A DNA stretch of 64,000 nucleotides from Brevundimonas sp. (GTDB lineage: Bacteria > Pseudomonadota > Alphaproteobacteria > Caulobacterales > Caulobacteraceae). A program made the position numbers and the translations under genes. The notes beneath the pieces are model-generated. The model did not search any database and was not told the origin of the DNA. It saw only the letters and a program-made list of their open reading frames with translations. Below, piece after piece: positions 1-8,444 of this stretch. The stretch covers positions 3,967-67,966 of the forward strand of contig DASWYI010000022.1 of the NCBI GenBank assembly GCA_036405055.1, read 5' to 3'. How positions within the stretch are numbered: position 1 is the stretch's first letter; each line of letters starts with the position of its first letter.

Positions 1-76
1 CCCGTTCGGGGCGCCGGGGGCGGCGAACCTGCTGCGGCTGGCCCATGCGCCCCAGGCGCCGAAGAAGCGGAAGTAG
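1..76 (+). CDS. 3' end of a CDS entering from the left edge (…PFGAPGAANLLRLAHAPQAPKKRK*)
   Basis: Open frame from nt 2 to TAG at 74-76 with high-GC3 codon usage; too short to identify. Confidence 0.5.
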   Translation, partial: PFGAPGAANLLRLAHAPQAPKKRK

Positions 77-124
77 CGCCGGCCCAATTGCCGGGCTGAC
101 CGAACACCCCCACTCTCCGGCGCG

Positions 125-1153
125 ATGATCAAATACATCGGCTCAAAGCGCGCGCTTCTCGGCCACGTCACCGGCGCGGTGCGCGACGTGCTGCCCGACG
201 GCGGGACGGTGTGCGACCTGTTCTCCGGCTCAGCCCGCGTCGGCCATGCGCTGAAGGGGCAGGGGTTTTCCGTCTGGTCGAACGACCACAACGCCTACGC
301 CCACACCCTCGCCACCGCCTATGTCCAGGCCGACCGCGACCGCTGGCAGGCCCCCGCCGAAACCATCCTCGCCGAACTGCGGACGCTGAAGCCCGAACCC
401 GGCTGGTTCACCCAGGCCTTCTGTCAGGACGCCCGCTACTTCCACCCCGACAACGGCGCCCGCATCGACGTCATGCGGGCGCGCATCGAGACCCTCGACC
501 TCGAACCTGAGCTGAAGGCCGTCGTCCTCGTCGCCCTGATGGAGGCCGCCGACCGGGTGGATTCCACCGCCGGGGTGCAGATGGCCTATATGAAACAATG
601 GGCCGGCCGGGCGCTGAAGCCGCTTGAGCTGCGAATGCCGGACATCCTGCCGGGGCCGGGCCGCGCGACCCATGCCGATGCGGTCCAGATCGCGCCCGAA
701 ATCGAGGCCGACCTGGTCTATCTCGACCCGCCCTACAACCAGCATTCCTACCTCGGGAACTACCACGTCTGGGAAAGCCTGGTGCTGTGGGACAAGCCCG
801 AGACCTATGGCGTCGCCAACAAGCGTATCGACGTCCGCACGCGGAAAAGCGCCTTCAACAGCCGCCCCGGCATCGGCCCGGCGCTGCAGTCGGTGGTCGA
901 GCAGGTGAAGGCGCCGAACCTGATCGTGTCGTTCAACGACGAGGGCTATCTCAGCCGCGATCAGCTGGTCGAGATGCTGTCCGCCCGCGGCCATGTGCAG
1001 GTCGTCGAGATCGCCCGCCCCCGCTACGTCGGCGCCCGCATCGGCATCCACAACCCTAAGGGCGAAAAGGTCGGGGCCGTCGGCCGCCTGAAGAACGTCG
1101 AGCACCTGTTCGTCGTCACCGACAAGCCGGTGGATCTGGCCGCCGCCGCCTGA
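125..1153 (+). CDS. N6-adenine DNA methyltransferase, D12/Dam-FokI-like family (orphan)
   Basis: N-terminal KYIGSK, SAM-binding DLFSGS and catalytic DLVYLDPPY motif; no restriction endonuclease next to it in the window. Confidence 0.88.
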   Translation: MIKYIGSKRALLGHVTGAVRDVLPDGGTVCDLFSGSARVGHALKGQGFSVWSNDHNAYAHTLATAYVQADRDRWQAPAETILAELRTLKPEPGWFTQAFCQDARYFHPDNGARIDVMRARIETLDLEPELKAVVLVALMEAADRVDSTAGVQMAYMKQWAGRALKPLELRMPDILPGPGRATHADAVQIAPEIEADLVYLDPPYNQHSYLGNYHVWESLVLWDKPETYGVANKRIDVRTRKSAFNSRPGIGPALQSVVEQVKAPNLIVSFNDEGYLSRDQLVEMLSARGHVQVVEIARPRYVGARIGIHNPKGEKVGAVGRLKNVEHLFVVTDKPVDLAAAA

Positions 1154-1190
1154 GCGGGAACATCATCGGGCAGAGTCCGTTACCGCACCC

Positions 1191-1442
1191 ATGGAAACGA
1201 TGCTCGCCGACCGCCCCGCCCGCCGGATCGCCATCAAGGCCTATGAGACCGTGGACGCCTTCGACGCCGTCGCCTGGCGCCCGCCCTCGGCCCGCCGGTT
1301 CGAGGCACCCGCCAACGATGTGTTCGAACAGCCGTCCTTCATGGACGAGCTCAAGGCCATGCCGGGCTGGGTCGTCCCGGTCACCGGAGCGATCGCCGCC
1401 GCCCTCATGGGCCTGCTGCTCGGCGGCTGGCTGGCGGTCTAG
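1191..1442 (+). CDS. small hypothetical protein with C-terminal transmembrane helix
   Basis: 83 aa ORF, hydrophobic C-terminus, PAND motif, host-like codon usage. Confidence 0.6.
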   Translation: METMLADRPARRIAIKAYETVDAFDAVAWRPPSARRFEAPANDVFEQPSFMDELKAMPGWVVPVTGAIAAALMGLLLGGWLAV

Positions 1443-2059
1443 GCGTCCAGCAGCGCCCGGATCGGCGCCCAGCTGCGGCGATGCGCGGGGCAGGGGCCCA
1501 GCGTCCGCAGTGCTTCCTGATGCGCCGGCGCATTATAGCCCTTGTGGCCCGCGAAGCCGTAGCCGGGATACTGCGCATCCAGCTCGACCATCAACCGGTC
1601 CCGCGCCGTCTTGGCCAGGATCGACGCCGCCGCGATCGACAGGCTCAGGCCGTCGCCGCCGACCACCGTCTGAACATCGCAGGGCAACTTGAAGCGATAG
1701 TTGCCGTCCACCAGCGCCGCCACCGGCGCGACCTGCAACGCCTCGATCGCCCGGCACATGGCCAGGCCGGTGGCGTGCAGGATGTTCAGCTCCTCGATCT
1801 CCTCCACCGAGGCGAAGCCGACGCCCCAGGCCACGGCCTTGGCCTTGATCTCGATCTCCAGCCCCTCACGCGCCTTGTGTGTCAGCACCTTGGAGTCGTC
1901 GATGCCGGCCGGGACGCGTCGGGGGTTCAGGATCACCGCCGCCGCCGACACGGGCCCCGCCCACGGTCCGCGCCCGGCCTCGTCCACGCCGCACACCGGC
2001 CCGCCTGCCGCTTTCGCCGCCAGCTTTTCGAGCGTCAGGGTGGGGATGGCCTTGGTCAC
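1439..2059 (-). CDS. rnhB: ribonuclease HII
   Basis: [32 protein letters not shown] and HKGY motifs. Confidence 0.97.
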   Translation of the reverse strand: MTKAIPTLTLEKLAAKAAGGPVCGVDEAGRGPWAGPVSAAAVILNPRRVPAGIDDSKVLTHKAREGLEIEIKAKAVAWGVGFASVEEIEELNILHATGLAMCRAIEALQVAPVAALVDGNYRFKLPCDVQTVVGGDGLSLSIAAASILAKTARDRLMVELDAQYPGYGFAGHKGYNAPAHQEALRTLGPCPAHRRSWAPIRALLDA

Positions 2060-2640
2060 TTGCCGCCCATAGCCCGGACCTCTTCCTCGCGGAAGCAGGT
2101 CACGACATGGTCATTGACCATGCCCACAGCCTGCATGAAGGCATACACAATCACGGGCCCGCAGAAGGTGAAGCCCCGCTTTTTCAGCGCCTTCGCCATC
2201 GCCTCGCTCTCGGGGCTCTGAGTCGGATGCGCGCCGGGTGTCAGGCGGCTCTGGATCGGCGCCCCGCCGACGAACGACCACAGCCATTCGCTGAAGTCCT
2301 CGCCGTTCGCCTGCATCTCCAGCCAGATCTGCGCCCCCTTGATCGCCGAGTTGATCTTGGCCCGCGAGCGAATGATCCGCGCATCGCCCAGCAGCCGCTC
2401 GATGTCCGCCTCGCCATAGGCCGCGACCTTCACCGGATCGAACCCGTCAAAGGCGTCGCGCATCCCCTCGCGCTTCCTCAGGATCGTGATCCACGCCAGC
2501 CCCGCCTGAAACCCGTCCAGCACCAGCTTTTCCCACAGCGCCCGGCTGTCATACTCGGGCACGCCCCAATCCTCGTCGTGATAGGCGACATACAGCGGAT
2601 CAGTCCCGCACCAGGTGCAGCGGTGGGATGAGTCGGTCAT
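2056..2640 (-). CDS. tag: DNA-3-methyladenine glycosylase I
   Basis: RCTWC…[27 protein letters not shown] and [10 protein letters not shown] motifs. Confidence 0.95.
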   Translation of the reverse strand: MTDSSHRCTWCGTDPLYVAYHDEDWGVPEYDSRALWEKLVLDGFQAGLAWITILRKREGMRDAFDGFDPVKVAAYGEADIERLLGDARIIRSRAKINSAIKGAQIWLEMQANGEDFSEWLWSFVGGAPIQSRLTPGAHPTQSPESEAMAKALKKRGFTFCGPVIVYAFMQAVGMVNDHVVTCFREEEVRAMGGK

Positions 2641-2723
2641 GCAGGGAGGGTAGCGGGTTGGAGGAGGGGGTGCAGCAGCGCTATCGAGCCTGATCGAACG
2701 TTCCTCAGTTTTCGAATCGAGGA

Positions 2724-3455
2724 TTAAACATCCAGTTTCGCGGCACTCCAGAGCCGTTCAGTCATCAAAGTGTCGATCTCTTTTGAAAGAGCTGCGGCTT
2801 CCTGAACGTGTGCTTGGGCCTCGGTAACCGGCCAAGGCATGATGTCCGGCATATCAAGAATCTGCCGCCACGTCCTTAAGCCCCTCTGGAGGCCCTGCGA
2901 CGTTTCTGTAAGCTTCGCGCGGATCGTGGGCTCAATGAAAATGCCGAACTGGATCGTGTGATTGTGGAACTCCATCGTTGCTCGATGCGCCTCGGCAAAG
3001 GCGATCCGATCTTGATAGGTCTGATAGACTTTGGATTTCTCAAAGCGGTCGGCGTCCCTGACGGCTTGTTTCTGGAAATCTTCCAGTTCGGTCTTGGCGA
3101 GGAACACTTCCAACTCCTCGGGTGACATCGTTCCCGGATCGGCAACCTCTCTTCCACTGGCAGTGACCATGCTGACGGCGCCCAATGCAGTCGTGAGCAA
3201 GTCCCACGACTTCGACAACGCCTCGAATTCGTGGTGGTGGAGCTTGGTGGCGCGATCCAACATGCCAGCGATCTTGGCCCGGAGTCGTTCGATCTCTTGC
3301 GCCTGAACGTGTTTGAGATTGTCCAACTGGCCTTGGAAATGCCTAGCCAGCCACCTGTCGATGTAGGCCTTGCCAAACCATACGGCGAAGCCGCCGACAA
3401 ATGTGAAGACTAACGCAAAGCGGCCGATCCACTCAAAGATCAGATTCCAATTCAT
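2724..3455 (-). CDS. hypothetical protein, N-terminal TM plus coiled coil, lower GC (likely acquired)
   Basis: 243 aa ORF; visibly more AT-rich codons than its neighbours. Confidence 0.7.
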   Translation of the reverse strand: MNWNLIFEWIGRFALVFTFVGGFAVWFGKAYIDRWLARHFQGQLDNLKHVQAQEIERLRAKIAGMLDRATKLHHHEFEALSKSWDLLTTALGAVSMVTASGREVADPGTMSPEELEVFLAKTELEDFQKQAVRDADRFEKSKVYQTYQDRIAFAEAHRATMEFHNHTIQFGIFIEPTIRAKLTETSQGLQRGLRTWRQILDMPDIMPWPVTEAQAHVQEAAALSKEIDTLMTERLWSAAKLDV

Positions 3456-3513
3456 CAGCCAGCCTTCTTGAAATTAGTCACAAGGATGGTCTTCCAGCAA
3501 AAGTGGAAACCAA

Positions 3514-4170
3514 TCACTCTCGCCCCACCTCCGCAAAAGCCCTGACCGGGAACGTCCCGAACCCCTCCACCTTCGGCGGGGCGGCCGTAAAACGGAAGCC
3601 GGTCGCCGGCAGCAGCTCCAGCCCGCGCATGTGTTCGCAGATCGGGATGCCGGCCCCCAGCAGCAGGGTGTGCGCCGGGCGCAGCCGGGTGCGGGTGTCG
3701 TCGATATTGTGGCTGTCGATCCCGACCAGCGCCGCGCCCGCCCGGACCAGCAGCGCCGCCGCCGCCTCGGTCAGGAAGGGGTGGTCCTCGAAATAGGCGT
3801 CCGTGCGCCAGTGCCGCGCCCAGCCCGTGTGGACCAGCACCGCCTTGCCGCGCACGTCCAGCCCGGCGAGCCGGTCCGCATCCACCGCCTGCACGTCCAG
3901 CGCCTCAACCACCATCCCCGGCAGGCCCGCGACCCGTGCCAGCCCCACGTCGCTCAGGTCCTCGCCGTCGGCGTAGCGGTGGAACGGCGTGTCCAGATAG
4001 GTGCCGGTGTTGCCGACCATCTCGATCCGCCCGATCTGGAATTCGGTGTCGCCGTCATAGGCGCCGCGCGACGCCTCGCGGCTCATGTGGTCGCAGATCA
4101 GCGGCGCGGGCAGACCCTTGTAGGTCACCATCCCGTCCTCGATCGTGTGGCTCAGGTCGATCAGCGGCAT
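3514..4170 (-). CDS. cyclase family protein (kynurenine formamidase-like)
   Basis: IDLSHTI, NTGTYLDTPFH, VGIDS and PVRAFA motifs. Confidence 0.88.
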   Translation of the reverse strand: MPLIDLSHTIEDGMVTYKGLPAPLICDHMSREASRGAYDGDTEFQIGRIEMVGNTGTYLDTPFHRYADGEDLSDVGLARVAGLPGMVVEALDVQAVDADRLAGLDVRGKAVLVHTGWARHWRTDAYFEDHPFLTEAAAALLVRAGAALVGIDSHNIDDTRTRLRPAHTLLLGAGIPICEHMRGLELLPATGFRFTAAPPKVEGFGTFPVRAFAEVGRE

Positions 4171-4249
4171 GGCGGCTCCTGTTGCAGTCCGGAGGATGGC
4201 CTTACCTCTCCTTTGGGGTCCAGACTCAACTGCTCAATTTTGAACCCGA

Positions 4250-4374
4250 TCATCCCGGCGAAAGCCGGGACCCAGTGCTTTTATAGAGGCGCCAGCGTTT
4301 CAGGACTGACGGTGGCGGGTCACGGGTTCCGCTGCATCACCCAAAGCTCTGGGTCCCGGCTTTCGCCGGGATGA
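4250..4374. repeat. palindromic intergenic element with perfect 26-bp terminal inverted repeats (REP/MITE-like)
   Basis: TCATCCCGGCGAAAGCCGGGACCCAG at 4250-4275 and its exact reverse complement at 4349-4374; each arm is itself a GAAA/TTTC-loop hairpin. Confidence 0.9.
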
Positions 4375-4475
4375 GCGGAACTGAGTGTGAAGCCTGGGCC
4401 CGCGTCGTCACGTCTGGAAAGGCTTGGCGTCGCCCCCCTCATGGCACAAGGTTCGGTGAGAGGCGGGAGAACACC

Positions 4476-6155
4476 ATGTTGAATCGCATCATCGCGGCCC
4501 TGTTGCTGGTTCTGACCCTCGGGTTCAGCGCGCCCGCCATGGCCCAGGACCCGCAGCCGGTCTCGCTGGAAGCCGTCGCCGCCGCCATGGATGCGGGCGA
4601 CCTCGACGCCCTCCGCGCCGCCGCCGCCGACACCGAACTGCTGAATCAGCTGCGCGCTCTCGACCCCGACCTGTTGATCGAGTTCCAGCTCGCCCTTGCC
4701 GACGCCTTCGCCGAGGCCGGGCTGAAGGGCGAGGCCATCGACGTCTATCAGCAGGCCCTGATCTCCATCCTGCAGTTCCGAGGCCAGGGCGACATCTCCA
4801 TGGCCGAGCCGATGACCGCCGTGGCCCGCCTGACCGACGATCCGGAGGTGAAGGCCCAATGGTTGCTCAGCGCCTGGGACATCCGCGAGGGCGTCCTGGG
4901 CGTCGGCAATCCGAACCTCCAGCCGTGGCGCGATGAGCTGAACGCCGCCCGCCTCGCCGCCGGTCTCGATCCGCTGGGCACGCGCGGCTCGCCCGACGAG
5001 GGCGTCGACAACTTCGATCTGGTCAATGTCTGGTACGCCACCCACCGCGAACAGACCCGCCGCACCGCCCCCGCCGACATCTACGGCGGGCGTCGCGGCG
5101 CCCTCAGCTACGGCGTGGCCGAGGTCAGCGTGCCGCATGACCGCGAGCAGGGCGAAATCCCGCGCCCGTCGATCTGGAGCCTGGAGTTCCGGCCCGACCC
5201 TAACAAACACATGATCCTGAACCGCGTGACCCCGATCACCGACCAGGCCGCCTTCTTCGCCGATGTCCGCAATGTCGTCGGCGCCAGCGGGCGCAAGGAG
5301 GTCTTCGTCTTCATCCACGGCTACAACACCTCGTTTGAGGGCGCCGCCATCCGCACGGCCCAGCTGGCGGTGGATATGAACCTGGACGGCGCGCCGATCC
5401 TCTATTCCTGGCCGTCGCAGGCGTCGCTGCTGGGCTACGGCGCCGACACCCGCACCGTGGCCGATGAGGCCATGCTGGACGAGGTCGCGGACTTCCTTCA
5501 GGCCGTGGCCGAACAGACGGGGGCCGAGAAGGTCCACCTGGTCGCCCACTCCATGGGCAATCGCGTGCTGGTCCGCGCGCTGGACCGGCTGGCCGCCCGC
5601 CGTCCGGGCGCTGAACCCCTGTTCGACGAGGCCGTCTTCGCCGCCGCTGACGTGGGCGTGGACGAGTTCGCCGAGACCTGGCCGCGCATCGACCAGACTG
5701 CCCGCCGCTTCACCCTCTATGCGTCGCAACGCGACCGTGCGCTGCAGATCTCCGAGATGGTCAACCAGATGGCCCGCGTCGGCGACGCCCGCAGCATCGT
5801 GGTGCGGGACGGGTTGCAGACGGTGGACACCACCGCCGCGTCCGGCGGCCTGCTGGGCCACGACGACTTCGCCGGCAGCGCGCTCGCCGACTTCCGCGCG
5901 GTGGTGTGGCTGTCCCTCGCCCCCGACCGCCGCTGCGTGCTGGAAAGCGCCGAGGTTCAGGGGCAACGCTACTGGGCCTTCGGCGGCGGCTGCCCGGAAC
6001 AGGAGTTCGACGAAGCCACCGAATACGTCCGCGCGACCGGCTCGATCGATCAGGCCCTGGCCAAGTTGGAAGACGACCTGTCCAAAGCCGGCGCCGCCCT
6101 CCGCGACAGCCTGATGCGCAAACGCGCCCGGCTGGTGGCGATGTTCGGCTCATGA
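4476..6155 (+). CDS. secreted alpha/beta hydrolase (DUF900-like esterase) with N-terminal TPR-like helices
   Basis: Signal peptide MLNRIIAALLL…AMA; VFIHGYN, YSWPS, HLVAHSMGNR and AADV motifs; start moved to ATG 4476 (GGGAG upstream). Confidence 0.82.
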   Translation: MLNRIIAALLLVLTLGFSAPAMAQDPQPVSLEAVAAAMDAGDLDALRAAAADTELLNQLRALDPDLLIEFQLALADAFAEAGLKGEAIDVYQQALISILQFRGQGDISMAEPMTAVARLTDDPEVKAQWLLSAWDIREGVLGVGNPNLQPWRDELNAARLAAGLDPLGTRGSPDEGVDNFDLVNVWYATHREQTRRTAPADIYGGRRGALSYGVAEVSVPHDREQGEIPRPSIWSLEFRPDPNKHMILNRVTPITDQAAFFADVRNVVGASGRKEVFVFIHGYNTSFEGAAIRTAQLAVDMNLDGAPILYSWPSQASLLGYGADTRTVADEAMLDEVADFLQAVAEQTGAEKVHLVAHSMGNRVLVRALDRLAARRPGAEPLFDEAVFAAADVGVDEFAETWPRIDQTARRFTLYASQRDRALQISEMVNQMARVGDARSIVVRDGLQTVDTTAASGGLLGHDDFAGSALADFRAVVWLSLAPDRRCVLESAEVQGQRYWAFGGGCPEQEFDEATEYVRATGSIDQALAKLEDDLSKAGAALRDSLMRKRARLVAMFGS

Positions 6156-6158
6156 GTT

Positions 6159-6639
6159 CCTTCTCCCCTTGCGGGAGAAGGTGGCTCGCGCAGCGAGACG
6201 GATGAGGGGTCGCGCCGGTGTCGGACGATTGGCTTCAGGATCGCGCGAAGGAAATGCGCCGAGCGCCAAGTCTGAACGAGCGGCGGCTATGGAAGTTGTT
6301 GCGGGACCGTCGCCTCGAAGGCCTCAAGTTTCGCCGCCAATACAAGCTCGGTCGCTACATCGCTGATTTCATCTGCCTGCGTCACCGGCTGATCGTTGAG
6401 GCTGATGGTCCTCATCATGATCCTGACCATGACTCCGAGCGAGACGCTTGGCTGACCGCTGAAAACTTCCGGGTGCTGCGCTTTCCAAACAGTCAAATCG
6501 AGGCTGGCAGCCACGAGGTGGTGATGACCATCCTGGCGGCAGTTAATGAGCGAGTGATCCGGGACTGATCGGAAAGGGCGGCGCGACCCCTCATCCGTCA
6601 GGGCTTCGCCCTGCCACCTTCTCCCGCAAGAGGAGAAGG
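6159..6639. mobile_element. inverted-repeat-bounded unit carrying a DUF559 endonuclease gene
   Basis: Left arm 6159-6217 and right arm 6579-6639 are inverted repeats (20-bp perfect inner segment, 27-bp outer segment with 1 mismatch, variable small hairpin between) around a lower-GC ORF. Confidence 0.65.
6218..6568 (+). CDS. DUF559 / Vsr-like PD-(D/E)xK endonuclease domain protein
   Basis: ERRLWKLLR…GLKFRRQ…YIADF.C…LIVEADG.HH…D.ERDAWL…FRVLRF.N signature. Confidence 0.92.
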   Translation: MSDDWLQDRAKEMRRAPSLNERRLWKLLRDRRLEGLKFRRQYKLGRYIADFICLRHRLIVEADGPHHDPDHDSERDAWLTAENFRVLRFPNSQIEAGSHEVVMTILAAVNERVIRD

Positions 6640-7406
6640 GACGTATTTGGGGCGACAGCCCGCCCATCCACAGTCAGCGCCCCGTCGATCCGGTCCAGCC
6701 GCAGCAACGCCATCGCCGTGCCGTCCTGTCCCCACCGCACCTCTCCGGCGCGCAGCTCGCCGTTCAGCACCTCGGCTCCAAACGCCGGCGCCGGGCCGTC
6801 GAAGGTGATCGGCAGCATCCGGTTCCGGATCGCGCCGCGCCGCCACATGCGCGAGGTCGTCTCCTGGCCGATGAAGCAGCCCTTGTGGAAGTCGATCCCG
6901 TTCAGCAGGTCGAAATTGGCCTCGATCGGATAGGTCGTGTCCATCGGCGCGTCCGCCGCCGGATCGGCCGCGCCGACGCCCAGCCGGTGCGCGTGATAGG
7001 CGGCCTCGTCGCTGTTCGCCTCAGCAGCGCCGTATCGCCGTCCGCCCAGCCCGGCCAGTCGCGGATCGGCGGTGAAGCCCGCGGTGTCTGAACCCCAGGC
7101 CGCGCACACCGGCTCGTCCAGCGCCTCGATCCGCACATCCGCCCGTAGCCGGTACATCGACAGCCGCTGCATCAGCGCGTCCCGCCGGTCCTTCGCCACG
7201 TCCAGCACCACCGCGCCGTCCTCGCCCCACAGGAACAGGTCGAACAGCAGCCGCCCCGGGGGTGACAGCAAGGCTCCGAACCGCAGCGCGCCCGGCGCCA
7301 GCGTCTCGACGTCCTGGGTCAGCAGGTTGTGCAGGAACGGCCGCGCATCCGGCCCCGCCACCCGGATCAGGGCGCGGCTGTCGAGACGGGCGATGGATGC
7401 GGTCAT
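6591..7406 (-). CDS. ygfZ: folate-binding Fe-S/tRNA-modification protein YgfZ
   Basis: GPDARPFLHNLLTQD and KGCFIGQE signature; start ATG 7406. Confidence 0.92.
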   Translation of the reverse strand: MTASIARLDSRALIRVAGPDARPFLHNLLTQDVETLAPGALRFGALLSPPGRLLFDLFLWGEDGAVVLDVAKDRRDALMQRLSMYRLRADVRIEALDEPVCAAWGSDTAGFTADPRLAGLGGRRYGAAEANSDEAAYHAHRLGVGAADPAADAPMDTTYPIEANFDLLNGIDFHKGCFIGQETTSRMWRRGAIRNRMLPITFDGPAPAFGAEVLNGELRAGEVRWGQDGTAMALLRLDRIDGALTVDGRAVAPNTSLLLLREKVAGRSPDG

Positions 7407-7468
7407 GGGCTCTAGATAGGGCGCGTCGCCGCGTGATGCACGACAGAGAATCCCTATAGGCTTCCCCA

Positions 7469-8437
7469 ATGCCGGGGCGTTTTCCGATCCTCTACGTGGC
7501 TGAGGCCGATCCGGACCTCGCCGTCATGTCGTCCGGCGTGCTGGCCTATCTGGTTGAGGTCATGCCCCAGGCGGACTTCACCATCGTCGGATCGCCCGCC
7601 AGCGCCCCTCTGTTCGCCGACACGCCGCACCTGACCAAGCTGCTGGTGCTGGACAAGGAAAGCCGCCTCGACTGGATCAAGCTCTGGGATCAGGTGCGCC
7701 ACACCAAATGGGGCCTGGTCGTCGACATGCGCGGCTCGGCCCTGGCCAACAAGCTGAAGCGCGGCAAGCGGGCCGTGCGCGGCAAGGACGTGCCCGGCGT
7801 CCACCATGTCGACGCCGCCGCCCGCGCCCTGATGCTGGACGAGGTTCCGCCGCCCCGCCTCTTCACCGGCGACGAGACCGAGGCCGCCGCCGCCGAGCTG
7901 ATCCCGGCGGGGGAGGGGCCCATCCTCGCCGTCGGCCCCGGCGCCGAATGGGTCGGCAAGCAGTGGCCGCCCGACCGGTTCGTGAAGGTCGCCGCCGCTC
8001 TTCTGGCAAGTGACGGCCCCATGACGGGCGGCCGTCTCATGCTCGTCGGCGCCGCCGACACCGACCGCGAGGCGATTCAGACCGTCCGCTCGGCCGTGCC
8101 CCGCGACCGCATGATCGACCTGCACGGCAGGCTGACCCCGCTCCAGACCGTAGCCGCCCTGCGCCGCGCCGACCTCTATATCGGCAACGACAGCCTCTGG
8201 ACCCAGTTGGCCGTCGCCGCCGGCGTGCCGACCGTCGCCGCCTTCGGCCCGTCTGATGAGGCCGTGCGCGGCCCCTGGGGCGGCGTCACCATCCGCGGCC
8301 CGCGCAGCCTCGACGAGTTCCGCGCTCTCGATCCGAACCTGAACCAGCAGCTCAACCACATGATCGACGTCCCTGCCGACCGCGTGTTGAAGGCCGCCCG
8401 AACCCTGCTGGCGTCCCGGGCCGACGGCGGCGTATAG
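7469..8437 (+). CDS. glycosyltransferase family 9 (heptosyltransferase-like)
   Basis: PGAEWVGKQWP and IGNDS…AVAAGVPTVAAFGPS motifs. Confidence 0.85.
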   Translation: MPGRFPILYVAEADPDLAVMSSGVLAYLVEVMPQADFTIVGSPASAPLFADTPHLTKLLVLDKESRLDWIKLWDQVRHTKWGLVVDMRGSALANKLKRGKRAVRGKDVPGVHHVDAAARALMLDEVPPPRLFTGDETEAAAAELIPAGEGPILAVGPGAEWVGKQWPPDRFVKVAAALLASDGPMTGGRLMLVGAADTDREAIQTVRSAVPRDRMIDLHGRLTPLQTVAALRRADLYIGNDSLWTQLAVAAGVPTVAAFGPSDEAVRGPWGGVTIRGPRSLDEFRALDPNLNQQLNHMIDVPADRVLKAARTLLASRADGGV

Positions 8438-8444
8438 AGCGCCC

